Positions 38,539 through 51,225 of a stretch of DNA of 64,000 nt are shown one piece after another; positions within the stretch are counted from its first letter, which is position 1, and every line of letters begins with the position of its first letter. The position numbers and the translations under genes were made by a program. This stretch comes from Nemertoderma westbladi (taxonomy: Eukaryota > Animalia > Xenacoelomorpha): NCBI GenBank assembly GCA_032718475.1, contig JAUCBJ010000974.1, positions 1 through 64,000 on the forward strand, read 5' to 3'. The notes beneath the pieces are model-generated. The model was not told where the DNA came from. It made no database searches and saw nothing but the letters and a program-made list of their open reading frames with translations.

Positions 38539-39158
38539 TGTTAGCGTATTCAATTCCGCTAACACCCCACAAAGTAAGCCGTTAAGCAATATTGGGGGCC
38601 ACGAGGTTGGGTAACCAACCACTGTTGCCACCCCAACAAAGTGGGAAGGATAAACACACAATAGGGGTCAGGGGCCACACCCCTGACCGAGAGAGAGTAG
38701 CAGTAGTGAAGGGAAACACTCCAAAGGGCGCCAACAGGGATATTAGCCAATGGGGGGCAGGCACCACCGGCTAGGTACCGCAATAACGGCCAAACCGTGC
38801 AATGTATTTTATTAGGTATCAGTGATTCTTAGTTCAGTTATCTCATTGTGTTTGTCAGTTAGCTAGGGTAGAGCAGAGACTTCTATTACCGTCCTCGCCT
38901 ACCACCATTATCTGTACATACCGTAGTACTTCAATTGTTATCTATCCATTTTATACTATACCCATCTCAACGTTTATATTATACCTTCATACATATTACC
39001 GAACATCAGAACTCTTAACGAACCTTTTCACATACACGGCGGGGACGCGTAGGTAGAAAACTCAAACGGATAAATTGGGATCCGTAGATCCCGTCACAGT
39101 AATAGAACACCAGCTGCTACCCATATAAGCTATCGATCTAAAGACAAACTCCAAAGAG

Positions 39159-42100
39159 ATGACGCCAACACGGACCACGGACGAAGAACTAACGATCCGC
39201 GAGGCCGCGACCAGACGGTATAGGCCCACGACGCCGGACCCATCGGTAACAGGTCATCTGGCAGTTCAAGATGAGGGGGGCCGTCTGGAGCAGGAAGTCG
39301 AGTTGAGAGAAGGAGAGAGCGAGGTGGAAGGAGAAAGAGACGAGTCGACACACGTCGGTCGACGTACCGATGTCGCCGGCCAGCCACAGGCCGAGGGCGA
39401 TGGACGGCCCACCGGAACGGTGACGGTGGGGCCGCCGGTACGACGTCGGACCCGGAGAGATGGAGGAGAGGTCGGCGACGAGGACGTCGGGGTTTCTGAT
39501 CGACTTCGACGGGCCTACAACGCGACCCGGAAGCTACTTAAGGAGGCCAAGGAGGGGGCGAGGATAGATGAGGTAAAGTTGACAACAGGACTAGGTGAGT
39601 CGGATAGACATTTTTGTTATCTAATGCGCTTCGGGCAGAGAGAACTGGCCAAGGAGAGAGCGAGAGGGGTTGCCGAGGAACTGTGTGACTTATGGCGGTG
39701 TAGGGGTATGCAACCTAACGTAGTGTACATAGGGCGATACTTAGTCGATGCCCGGGGTATAAAATCAGTGGGTTGGAGGAGACCTGAGGAGGGCGAATCC
39801 GAGGTTGACCCCGAGGATTCGGTCTCGTCGGTCGGGAGGAATTCCAGTTCCGGGAGGCGGGGGAGAGTTAGTAGATCGGGAAGGTGGAGGGAATCCGTCG
39901 CAACCGATAAATCTGCTACATCCTCCGTAAAAAAAAGACGGGTGAGAGAGATAAACGCCACGTACCATCTCGACCTGATAGCGCAAGGTCAGAGAGAAGT
40001 AAATAGACGGTTAGAGGAGGGGAGAATGCTACTAGATAAGGAAATGGAACTGATTAGAGAAACCGGAGAGAGGGCCGAAAGGGCCGCGAAAAGCCTTAGG
40101 GAGTGTGAGGAAATAGCGAGGAAGGAACAAGAGGAGCGTGAGGCGAGAGAGGAAAGCGAACACAAAGAGCGTGAGGCGGAACGCAAGGAACGTGAGGCGA
40201 GAGAGAAAAGTGAACGCGAGGAGCGTGAGGCGAGAGAGAAAAGTGAACGCAAGGAGCGTGAGGCGAGAGAGGAAAATGAACGCAAAGAGCATGAGGCGGA
40301 ACGCAAGGAGCGTGAGGCGAGGCGAAGGGAGGCAGCTAGGAGAGAGGCGGAATTGGCCGACCAGAACGCACTGGAGGGTCGGGAGAGAATAGCAAGAGAG
40401 ATGCTTGAGCGAAAAGAATTGGAAAAACGCCAAAGTGAGCTTATAGAGTACAAAACTAGATGCATGCGCGAGCTGGAACTGGCGCGGTTAGGGGCGTCTG
40501 AGAGTGGGACTGGCTCGAATATTTTCCAGGAACCAAGGGCCGTGGATACATTTATTAACACCCCACTTACAGGGTCCGCACGACAGACATGAAACTGGTG
40601 TGACCGTACGGGCGGGGGGGGGGGGGGGGGGGGGGGTAATAATAATGCTATATTAGACATCGTTAATATTAATAGTACCATATTGGATAATCCTAACCAA
40701 ACCTTTATTGCAGGAAATACATTACCTAGTAGTAGTAATTTAAATTTAAATCCGAATGATTCTGATGTTAATGTAGGAAATAATTATAATATTAATGTAG
40801 TTACGCAAAATAATCCGAATAATCCAAATAATCTAAATAATAATCTGAATTCGAATTTACAAAATAATTCAAGAAACGCAATTGCGCAAAAGATACCATT
40901 TAGGATGTCGGAGACATCAGGATGCATGTTCGCGGGAACTATGCAGGAAATGGGTGATGAGAGAGCAGAGGAGCAGCTTAAGAGACTGCTCAGACAGGAT
41001 TTTGAAGGATTAAAGGAGATCGGGGTCGGGACCTCGGTGGAAGACAAACAGGCTCAACAAAGCGTGGAGGAGTCTATGAAATGCGATGAGGGGCGGTATA
41101 CCATAGGGATGGTATGGAAGCTACCAAAGCTACCATTGCCCGATAATAAAGGGATGGTGCTCACGAGGCTTCGTAAGTTGAAGCAGACACTAAAACGGAG
41201 CCCCGAGAAGAATGAGTACATCCACAGAACAATTAAGAAGTACGTCGAGAAAGGATGGGCCGTGGAGTTACCGGTCGACGAACCAAACACGGATAGGACG
41301 TATTACCTACCACTCCACGTGGCTTTAGACCCGAAGAAAGGTAAACTGCGGATGGTAGTTGACGCATCGGCAAAGACCAACGGAAAATGCTTAAACGACT
41401 ATCTACTAGAAGGTCCGAACATATACAACTCAGGGATAGAGGTCCTACTTAGATTTAGAAATGGGAAACACGCCTTCACGTGTGACATAGAAGGCATGTT
41501 CAACCAAGTCCGTGTAACGGAGGAAGATAGCGACAGTCAACGCTTCTTATGGTATAACGGCGACGAAGAACCGTCGATAATACCGACGTACAAGATGGTA
41601 GTACAGAACATGGGAGCCAAGTCGTCTTCATTTACGACGACTATGGCAGTAAGAGATACAGTGAAAGGGAAGGAGGATAGATACAGCACTAGGGCCGTCG
41701 ATATGATTCGACGCGGCTTCTACGTAGACGACGGAATGGAGTCTGGAAATACGGTTAAGGAGATACTGGACACAGGGCGCGAGGTTCGCGACATCCTAAA
41801 AGGATCCGGCTTTAACCTGACCAAATTCCAATCCAGTTCGGAGGAATTTATCAAGGCGATAGGGGACGAGAGACCAGAATCGACCATGGATAATCCCACA
41901 ACGGCCAAAGGGCAGGACATGGCGAACAAGAGGACAGAGTCTCAACAGAAGGCACTGGGAATCGTGTGGAACAGAGAGACAGATGAACTGAAGTACCAGC
42001 TGAGCCAGGAGGGCGCAGACATCCACACAAAGAGAGGCTATGTGTCATACATAGCAAGAATATACGATCCCCTAGGTCTAGCATCCCCACTATTAGTCAC

Positions 42101-44361
42101 GGGGAAACAGATACTCAAGAGAGTATACAAACTGAAGGATGAGTGGGACGTAGAGGTACCAGAGGAGATCAAGAAACAGTGGTGTAAGTGGACAGAAGGT
42201 TTGGAGAAGATGGGAACATACAACATGCCGTGAGTGTATTTCCCGGATGGGAACATGACGAATCTGGACTTACACATGTTCTCCGATGCGTCGTTGGAGG
42301 CGTACGGAGCGGCACTCTATTTAGTACAACGAGAGGGGGCTCACAAGCCCAGACTGGCCTTTAGCAAAGCGAAGTCAACGCCGCCAGATTCAGCATCAGT
42401 TCCCAAACTAGAATTGACAGCTGCCAGACTAGGAGTTAGGGCCACAGCCTACCTAGTGGATACTATTCCCAACATAGTGGAGACACACTACTGGACGGAT
42501 TCCATGGTAGTGCTTGGTTGGCTACATAACGAAAGGACGAGATACCCTATATTCGTCGCGAATAGGGTGGACGAAATAAGGGCGACCACAGAATTGGAAA
42601 GGTGGCACTACTGCCCAACGGACGAGAACCCAGCGGACTTGTTATCGAGGGGCTTGGCACGCCACACTTTCTTGAAGAAGGAAGTATTGTGGCAACACGG
42701 GCCACAGTTTCTGAGCAACAAGGAGGCCTGGCCGCAGATGAGAAAGGTGGACCCGGGCTCGGGAGAAGCAGCAGTATCAGAGGGAGAAGAGGGAGATTCA
42801 GAGGGAGAAGAGATATACTCCCAGATGGTGAGGGAGATAAGGGACGTGCAACCTAAACTAGAAGAACTGTGCGATAACCCGATGGATAAACTCCTCAGAT
42901 ACAGCTCTAGTTGGTATAAGACCAGGAAATTAGTGGCGTACTGGAGAGCCTTCGGGAATTTCCTCGCGGGAGTTGGCAAAGGCAAGAAGATCAGGACAAC
43001 CATTGATCTGGAAGGAGCGGCTAAAGCAGTCATCCGCTATGAACAACGGAAGAACTACGGCGACGAGGTGGAACACGTCGGTAAGCAACAGCATCTTCGA
43101 CGGGACAGCGAGTTAATCACGCTGTCACCACAACTTAATGATGACGGGATTCTAGTAATGAACTCTAGGGTGGGCTACAACAACAGCATCGTTGTACCGC
43201 CGAAGCCCATCATCATCCCAACAGGATCTCCAATAGTCCACCAGATTATCTGGGACTCCCACAAGTCGATATTGCACGGGGGCACCAACCGAACCCTTAC
43301 GGAGATACGGAGGACCTTTTGGGTTAAGCAGTTGAGGAAGAAGGTAAAAACGGTAGTGGGGCAGTGCCAGACCTGCCGACGAGCGAAGAAGGAGCGAGCC
43401 ACACAGGAGATGGCACCACTACCGGCGAGTAGGGTAAGACAGCACGACCCGCCATTTACGCATTGCGGGTGGACATGTTCGGGCCGATAAAGATCAAAGT
43501 GTTGCGGCACACGGAGAAACGCTACGGTATTATCTTCGTATGTAACAACATGCGGGCGGTAGAACTCGCCCAAGATGCAACCGCATCAGCATTCATTAAT
43601 GCATTAGAAAGGTTCAGAGACCGTAAAGGTGGGACGATCGCAGTAATGTACTCCGACAGCGGAACCAACTTTGTGGGAGCAGAGAACGAGATGGCAGAGG
43701 CCTTGGACATCTCGGAAGGGGAGGAAGTCAGGGCAGCCATGAGACGACGACAAGTAAAGTGGGAGAGAAGGACGCCGTATGCACCACATACACTAGGATG
43801 AGTCGAGAGACTGGTGGGCAGTTCGAAGCGTCTCATGACGAAGCTAATGTACACCCATATGGTCACAGAAGACGTCTTGAGAACAGTACTTGCGAAGTGT
43901 GAGGGTATCATTAATAGCAGACCGCTATATCCGGAGAATGATGACCCTGAATCACTAGATGTGCTGACGCCCAGCCATTTCCTAATGGAAAGGCCAGCGA
44001 CCATCGATATGCGGGGTGTAGATCCAGATGACATACACTCCCGCCAGAGTTGGAAAGTCGCTAAAGCGATAAGCGCAGAGTATTGGAGGAGGTGGGTTGA
44101 GGAATCCTACCCACGCTTCACAAAAGAAGCAAATGGAGGAAGCCGAATAGGGAGTTAAGAGAGGGAGATCTCGTAATCGTTACGGATGATACTATCATCA
44201 ACAACCAGTGGCGGTTGGCGAGAGTTGTAGGCACCTACTCCGATGAGGACGGAAGAGTCCGATCGGTAGAGGTGCGGATAGGTGGCAAGATAGGTGCGAA
44301 GGACAGAAAAACCTACAGGAGAGCTGTAGGGAAATGCTGTCTACTAGAAGGGGCACCTTAG
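39159..44361 (+). pseudogene. Element C gag-pol, with in-frame stops (40590, 42231, 43799), frameshifts and loss of capsid, knuckles and protease
   Basis: ORFs 39159-40592, 40683-42233 and 42234-43490 share a frame. The Asn-rich gag region runs directly into the pre-RT linker. Confidence 0.88.
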
Positions 44362-44469
44362 AGTGGAGTTAGAGTGTAGTTTAGTCGTCCAAGTCTTGGA
44401 CTGAGGGGGGTGGGATTGAGGGCGAGACGCCCTTCCCACACATAAAAGTAAAAAATAAAATAAATAAAA

Positions 44470-44900
44470 ATTAGAGTTAGTTAGTTAGTTAGGAGTTAGA
44501 AGGAGTTAGAAGGTACGTAGTACCTAGAGTCAGGAAACAGTTAGTTAGTTAGGAGGTACGTAGTACCGTTAGTTAGAGAGTTAGTTAGTTAGGAGGTACG
44601 TAGTACCGTTAGTTAGTAAAGAGAGTTAGTGGAGTTAGAGTAGTTAGGAGGTACGTAGTACCGTTAGTTAGTAAAGAGAGTTAGTGGAGTTAGTAGTAAG
44701 AGGGTACGTAGTACCGTTAGTTAGTGGAGTTAGAGTAGTAAGAGGGTACATAGTACCGTTAGTTAGTGGAGTTAGAGTAGTTAGAGGGTAAGTAGTACCG
44801 TTAGTCAGAGGTATTAGAGTAAGAGTTAGAGGGTACGTAGTACCGCTAGTTAGAGAGAGAGAGAGTAAGAGTTAGAGGGTACGTAGTACCGATTAGTAAT
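44470..44900 (+). repeat. C-poor tandem array with nine GGTACGTAGTACC hairpin units (two variant)
   Basis: Units at 44512, 44555, 44595, 44650, 44703, 44745, 44787, 44832 and 44878, separated by ttag/gag spacers. Confidence 0.9.
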
Positions 44901-44930
44901 AGGGGTAGAAGGGATATGTATAATATGGAT

Positions 44931-46832
44931 TGTTCGAAGAGACAGTAACAAAATACCCTGCAATATCTTACTGTAAAGTTTGTGAATCAAATCATAAATC
45001 CGACCTTCTCACCAAAACAGTAAACTCTAAGTAAGCGAATATATATTGCAGTATCGGTCTCTTATAACCGGTGAGGCAGAAAACAGTCTACGAACAGACA
45101 AACTTCGATAAAACAAAATCCCGCGCAGCGAATCCTAAAATCAGGCTGACTCACTGACGGAGTAAGGGGCTCGTATACTTTGCCGCGGTGTGATTTATAT
45201 GGTTGGGCGAGAAAGATGCTAGCTAGGTGCAGAAAGGTCTAACTAGCGGGCAAAGCACAGTATGGACAAAAATTATTTTATATATTTTGAGGTGTAAATA
45301 ATTTCTAACGCGCGTGTGTCTTGATTCTAAACAGTCAAAAGTCAGTTTTGCTCCTTCATATATATAATTACTGGGTCCGGTGTGCATTTTACAAATATTC
45401 TAATTTTGTAACTTGTAGGTCCAATACTCACGAATGATAAGGCTCCTTCCCCCTTTGTGTATTTCCAGGACTCAAATTCAGGCATAAGGTTAATACTACA
45501 CCCAGAATTCGTCAATTTTAATTTACCAGGTCCCTAATACTAAGAAGAAATGTGTTAGTTTACTACAGTAGGCGTACAGTTACTAATAGCTAGCCTGGTG
45601 TTCTTATCTAGAATTTTGGCTGCCTAGATGTGCACGGCAACTTCCTAACAGAATGTTGGCGGGGAGACGGTAGATGTTAGTATCCCTAAATAGCCTCAAT
45701 TTATTTGCGCCTAGTTGTAAACTGCCCTACCGCCTGAACGGTACAATCCCAATTCAGGTAAAACACAGTAACTCTTCTGGCCTACAAGTTCTAATGCAAT
45801 GGACACCGTTGTACTACAAACAGTCACAGACGCACCTGTACTTAGCAAGAGTTAGGCGTACAGTTTGCTGCACCCTACCAATGTGTATGCCTTGTACCGG
45901 TGTGCCTGCGTCCTATCTGTGTACTAGTATCTCTGCCTGCTCTCCCCCCGTAGGAATATGAAGGTCTACTGTGGGTTTTTTCTCTGAATTAAGACAGTAC
46001 GGTCCCTAGATGTAATTTTTAGCACACAGCGTGTCACTACCTCTACCTTCGATCTTTGGTCTTATACTTAGGTAGCAAGGCATTGAACGCTGTCTAACCT
46101 TTCAGGCGATGGGCGAATAACTCAAGAGTGATATTGTGGGTTGTCTCCTTCTACATTCCTCAGATGTTCTCGTTCATCGCTGTGGCCCGATGTCTAGCCT
46201 GCCATCCTGTCCCTCAGTTAGGTTCACCGTGGTAAAACATGATAAAAAAAAAGGGCAGATGTAACAAGTATTTCTAACTTTATTACAGAATATATACGTA
46301 AATGTAACAAGAAACTAATAGATAACTAATAAAGATTAGGATAAGCAAGAATGATTGATACACTAAGAGTGAGAGATTATTAACTAATGAACGAAATCGC
46401 ACCTTTTATAGCAAATTTGTGCTGCAATCAATCGAGAAAATTCTCGATTGTTCTATGAGTTCTAATAGGTTTTTAAAGATAACTATTGGTCCAGCGAATA
46501 TATAACTTGCACGACATTGGTTACTATCTAATAACTGCAATCCCATTGGTTAATCTACTTCGAGCAAATGCAATTTAATTTGTAGTGGTTAATTTAAATG
46601 AGTTGAAACTCTGCACAAAAAATAATTCGCACCTACTAGGATTCGAACTCAATACCTACTACATATAATTTCCAACGCTTTACCGACTGAGCTACTGAAC
46701 CACTTGAATAATCATCGTACAAATAGATATAGTAAATACAAATGAGGACTTAATGTAATCTTTATAGCAAAGTTAATTCGAACAAAATAAAATTTTCAAA
46801 ATCCACGGCATTTATGAGAATATAATTCTATA
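44931..46832 (-). repeat. Element D 3' LTR (1,902 bp)
   Basis: Matches 61713-63609. Minus-strand ends are TATAG...TCGAACA; preceded by TGGAGCGG. Confidence 0.95.
46629..46701 (-). ncRNA. tRNA-like Pol III cassette in the LTR (3' LTR copy)
   Basis: GGTTCAGTAGCTCAGTCGGTAAAGCG...GAGTTCGAATCC: A box and B box followed by T6. Acceptor and anticodon stems do not pair well. Confidence 0.6.
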
Positions 46833-47733
46833 CCGCTCCATGAAAACAGGATATTATCGTGCATAAAATATACGGTTTTCACCAATACTAATCAAATTAT
46901 GGAATACTTGGGACGTACTTACATATTTATAAATTAAATCTCAACAATAATACCTCTACATAATAATTCGATACAAAAATAATTACAAATTCAAACTTTA
47001 CGTATTTAAGGCTTTATTAAGTAAGTACAATATAAATCTAAATTAAATTCACCAAAATAAATCTATTGCATCTCAAATATTGCATAAATTCAAACAATCA
47101 CAAATACTAATACTACTTAGATATAAAACAAATTACATAAGTTCGGAATAAATCACAAGAAAGGCTCACAAGTCTTCCGTCTGCTCTTGCCTTCTATTTA
47201 ATGTAAATACAAATACTGCTTCTTTATAAAAGATAAATTGCATACTATTCGAAACAATAAATTGCGTAAGTTTGGAATGACTACAAATATAGCACTTTCT
47301 AAATATAAATCTTTACTAAATTGCATAAGTTTAGAATAATATTGCATAAGTTTAGAATAATACTGCATAAGTTTAGAATAATATAAACTCTTTTGCATCT
47401 CAAATATGAAATATAAATCTTTCAAATATAGATTCCTTCTAAATATAAAACTTTCTAAATTTCAAAATTGGAACAATACAAATACATAAGTTTAGAACAA
47501 TGTAAATTGCATAAATTTAGAATAATATAAATTGCATAAATTTAGAACAATATAAATTGCATAAATTTAGAGCAATATAAATTTTAAACAATACAAATTA
47601 CATAAACAATTCAATTTACATAAACAATTTGATTTACCTAAACAATGCATAAAACAATACATAAAACAATACATAAAACAAACAATTCATAAGAAAGGCT
47701 CACGAGTCTTCCGTCCACTCCTTCCTTCCCGCT

Positions 47734-50700
47734 TTAACGCTTAGCGGATCGAGCCCTGCCGCGTCCTCGAAAACTGCGTATCGGTGATTTAGCTCGTGAT
47801 ATGGGACTTGTGGGGCGAGCCACTGGTTTACTTTGGACGTTGGGAGATGGTACGACCATTTCCTCACATATTCGTCTCTTAGTTATCCCAAATCCTCGTC
47901 CAATCCCTCGTGACCGATCTGTTGTATCTACCGCTGGTAAAACGTCTGGGAACGCGCGAGAAGCGGACGACGCAGACCCAAGAGAAGCTTGCGCCCCCTT
48001 TTGATCAGCTGGTATATGTCCCGATCCTCCTTGCGGTTCTCTGGGAAGCGAAACCGTATCCCGAGTAATTTGAATAGTCGGTTCGTATCCCCTTCGTTCT
48101 TCAACATTGATAGTTTTCTTTAATTGTTGGCCCACTTTCTGAACCCTTATGATCCTGTGCTGTCCGTCCTCCCGAGGGTGACGTGCAGACGGCGCGACCG
48201 GAGTAGCTGGCACGTTGGTCGCCTTTAGGACCTCCTCTTCCTCGAATACGCTCGCTCGTATACGTTTATGGTAGAACGAGGCTCGGTACGCCCATGCGAC
48301 GGTTAACCAAGCTCCCTTATTTCGCTTTTCCGTTCGGAAACGATCAAATTCACCATATGTGATACGATTGACTACTTTCTGGAAGTTCCATGTATTCTTA
48401 TTGTCCGGGTGAATCTGTAACAAGTATTCGCGCACAACTCGAAATCCACTATCGTGAGGCAAATATCAACTACCTCGATTAGTTCGTCATATTGTGGCAT
48501 AGCGGAGATATATCCTTCCGACTGTGCTCTCATCGGGAATCGTCTTCTTTGTGCCGATACATGTTCGTCAGCTAAATCTTCCCAATCATCAAACAGTTTT
48601 CTCACGAGTTTTACAGATTCGTGTTCGTAAGGTATGTCTCGCAATTGACATTCAGATGCTCGATGTCCCTTTATATTGCAATATGTGCATTGAGCCATAA
48701 ATCTCCAGCAAGTATAAAATGTATGGGACCCTTGATCTCCACACCATCCACAGATTAGTTGAGTTGTAGTAATGTGCTTTCCACTGCACTTTGTCGAATG
48801 ATGTCCAGCGACGCCACATTTACCACACATCGTATTAGCAGGGTACCACACTCGCTCATATATAAGATCGCCAATGGGTCGAGCGCTTCCTCCCACACTA
48901 TAGTCATAATCGTCTGGGTCGATAGGTTGGTATGTTTCATAAGGTTGTATGCAAACTACAGCATCTGTTGCTTCTAGTTGTCGAATCTCCGTCTGAGATT
49001 TCTTCGGGAGGTTCCTTTCAATCTCAAGAAATTCCTCTAAAGGATCATCGATGGCCGTCGTTACTTCGAAATCATCACCTAAGTGACCGATAGGCGCACG
49101 CGTCTGCCGTGATTCGTCCGTAAGCTCCACGATACGTTCTCCTTCATAGGGTAACAATGTAAACATAGATGGTCTTTCGATAAGAGATCCCGCACAGCGA
49201 AGATACACGTCTCGAAATATACTAAATCCTGCTCGAGTGAAGGCATTACACTGAGCGTCGGAATTGTAGAAGGGTTCGAGAAACCGTCTAAACACATCGG
49301 TATGAATTCTCCCTTCCGCGTAGAATGTATGATCTTCTCCGAGGCAAAGTGGATGTCATTTAAGAGTCCGAGACACAATGTCGGCGACTAAGCAAACATT
49401 CACTGATGACTCTATCGCTAAATAATATTGTAGTACCGCTCTTGGAGGTGAAGTAATAGCCCAATATACGCATCCTCTCCATTTGAGCTGTGATTCAAAC
49501 TCATTTATATCTGGAGTATCACCTTCTCCATACGTTTCGATATACTTTGTTCTTTTACTTTCCTTGTAATCCCAATTAAACATCAAGTAGGAAATGTATC
49601 CAGTTCCGGTTTTCTGAGTATCATACTCACGGAAGTATCCTTGTTCTATAGACCACAGTATAAGAGGTCGAGTGTCGACGTAAGGTGTCGGTAATCGGTC
49701 GTCACTGTCCGACATGCCGGCGAAGTCGCTAATTAAGTCCTCTCTTACTCCTGATCCAATCTTTACAACAGTTTTATCTAAAATCATATTTCTCACCATC
49801 TTCGGTAACATTCTAGCATCGATATTGCAAGCCTGGTCCATTTTCTTTACTATATTAGTGATGAAATGGTGCCGCTTGGTAGTTCCTGGAGGTATAAGGC
49901 ATTCGCTTGTCGCTCCTTTATCTACTGAAAACGTGCAAAACTCCGTCTGCCGCTCTAATTTGTATAGTCTTGGAGGTTAGACTCTGCTGATGGCTGCCGC
50001 CCTCGTTATCATAAAACATGTAACCGTTTTCCTGAAACGATCTAAACGTCCTATTCCATTCGTCCAATAATTCTTCCGAAGGTTGCCAAATCTTCTCTAT
50101 GTCTTTCTCGTCCTCGAAACGAATGACTTTACCTTGCCAGTCCGCAGCGATATCTGTATCCGACTCAAAGGTTCCTGTTCCAATCCATAAGCTAATTGTT
50201 TTGGTTAAATATCCTTTCAGGTTACTCGGAGCTATATCAGCGCCAGCTCTATCCAGTTCCCTAAAGTCTTGAATATGAGGCGGAACATTATGCACGACCT
50301 TTTGCGTAATATGTCTACGTAAATCATATATCTTAACCATATCGCTTAGAACAACTGCAGGAAGAAACTCTAAGTTCGAAATGATTTCCGGATGATCCAC
50401 AATAGGTATTTCATACGTTGTATCTTGTCGAACTGGTATACTAATAGGGAAATTGAGTGTCGTACTCAATGGTTTCGTAGTTGAAGTACTATACGGTTGC
50501 ATTTCTCTTGTACTTTCCGGGGATGCAATCTGTAGTCTCTGAATAACGTTTTGAGCAAAATTTATACTCTCGAAAACTTCCGGTGTCATCTCCTTAGCTG
50601 AAGTTTGATCGTGTGACGTCCAATGGTAAGGTAGGCTCGCAAGTCTTCCGCCCCATTCTTCCATCTTACCTTTCTCGAAAGCCTTGTAGGCTCTGTATAG

Positions 50701-51225
50701 GCTAAGAGCTTCTTTCTTTTCGCGGGTTGACTGAGTCGCCTCGTCCAGCGTAAGTTCGAATACATCGGGTTCAACAACCTTAGGTGGGTAAACAACAATT
50801 TCTCCCGCCTTTGGTGCAGTCATAGCGAATGAATGATATGGATTCGATAAAGGATACCCTCCTTCCTGGTAGCGTAGTTGTTGATGGTTCGAACACCTCG
50901 CCAATATCGGTTCGGGATTTTCCTTATTCAAACGCATCGGAATCGCATTTCGTTGTTCGTGCATACAAGCACCGCATTGATAATAAAGTTTATAAACTGA
51001 AAATGCTTCCTTTGTTTCTCTATCGTCCCCTCGAGTTCGTCTGTAAAGATGCATTCCATCGAATTCATCGCGTACCGCGGGCATAGGTTCGTGCGCCTTC
51101 AGGTATTGCATAGTATGATACAAACGACTAATTTCGGTATCGGGATCTTCGCTAATATCTCCCGTATCACATAAATCGGCTCTCCTTGTATCCCCTTCGC
51201 CATTATTAGAGGTATGGTTACATGA
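47734..51225 (-). pseudogene. Element D ORF3 (~1,100-1,160 aa reconstructed): DEDDy 3'-5' exonuclease-like domain, 3 CCHC knuckles, Arg/Ser-rich tail
   Basis: ExoI FYDNEG..TIQIRAADGVLHVF (~50016-49930); ExoII LPKMVRNMILDKTVVKIGSGVREDL...YVDT; ExoIII-like YLAIE; knuckles CGKCGVAGHHSTKC, CGWCGDQGSHTFYTC, CTYCNIKGHRASEC. Frameshifts at ~49930 and ~48465; TGA at 49356. Confidence 0.72.

Larger units (their letters stand above)
38539..44930 (+). mobile_element. Element C: decayed BEL/Pao element; its 3' terminal region continues at 63615-64000 after the element D insertion
   Basis: LTR-like 5' region from TGTTAGCG; gag 39159-40592; pol with FYVDD, LHMFSDAS, SDSGTNF; stop at 44361; PPT GAGGGGGGTGGGAT 44403-44416 followed by TG. 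Confidence 0.9.

Noticed and set aside
45674-45961. Identical 95-aa ORF, also at 62451-62738
   Set aside because: It lies antisense within the LTRs; identity reflects LTR duplication and it has no recognisable motif.
47734-51225. ORF3 as an env glycoprotein
   Set aside because: No signal peptide, furin-site/fusion-peptide pattern or transmembrane anchor; it has nucleic-acid-binding motifs instead.
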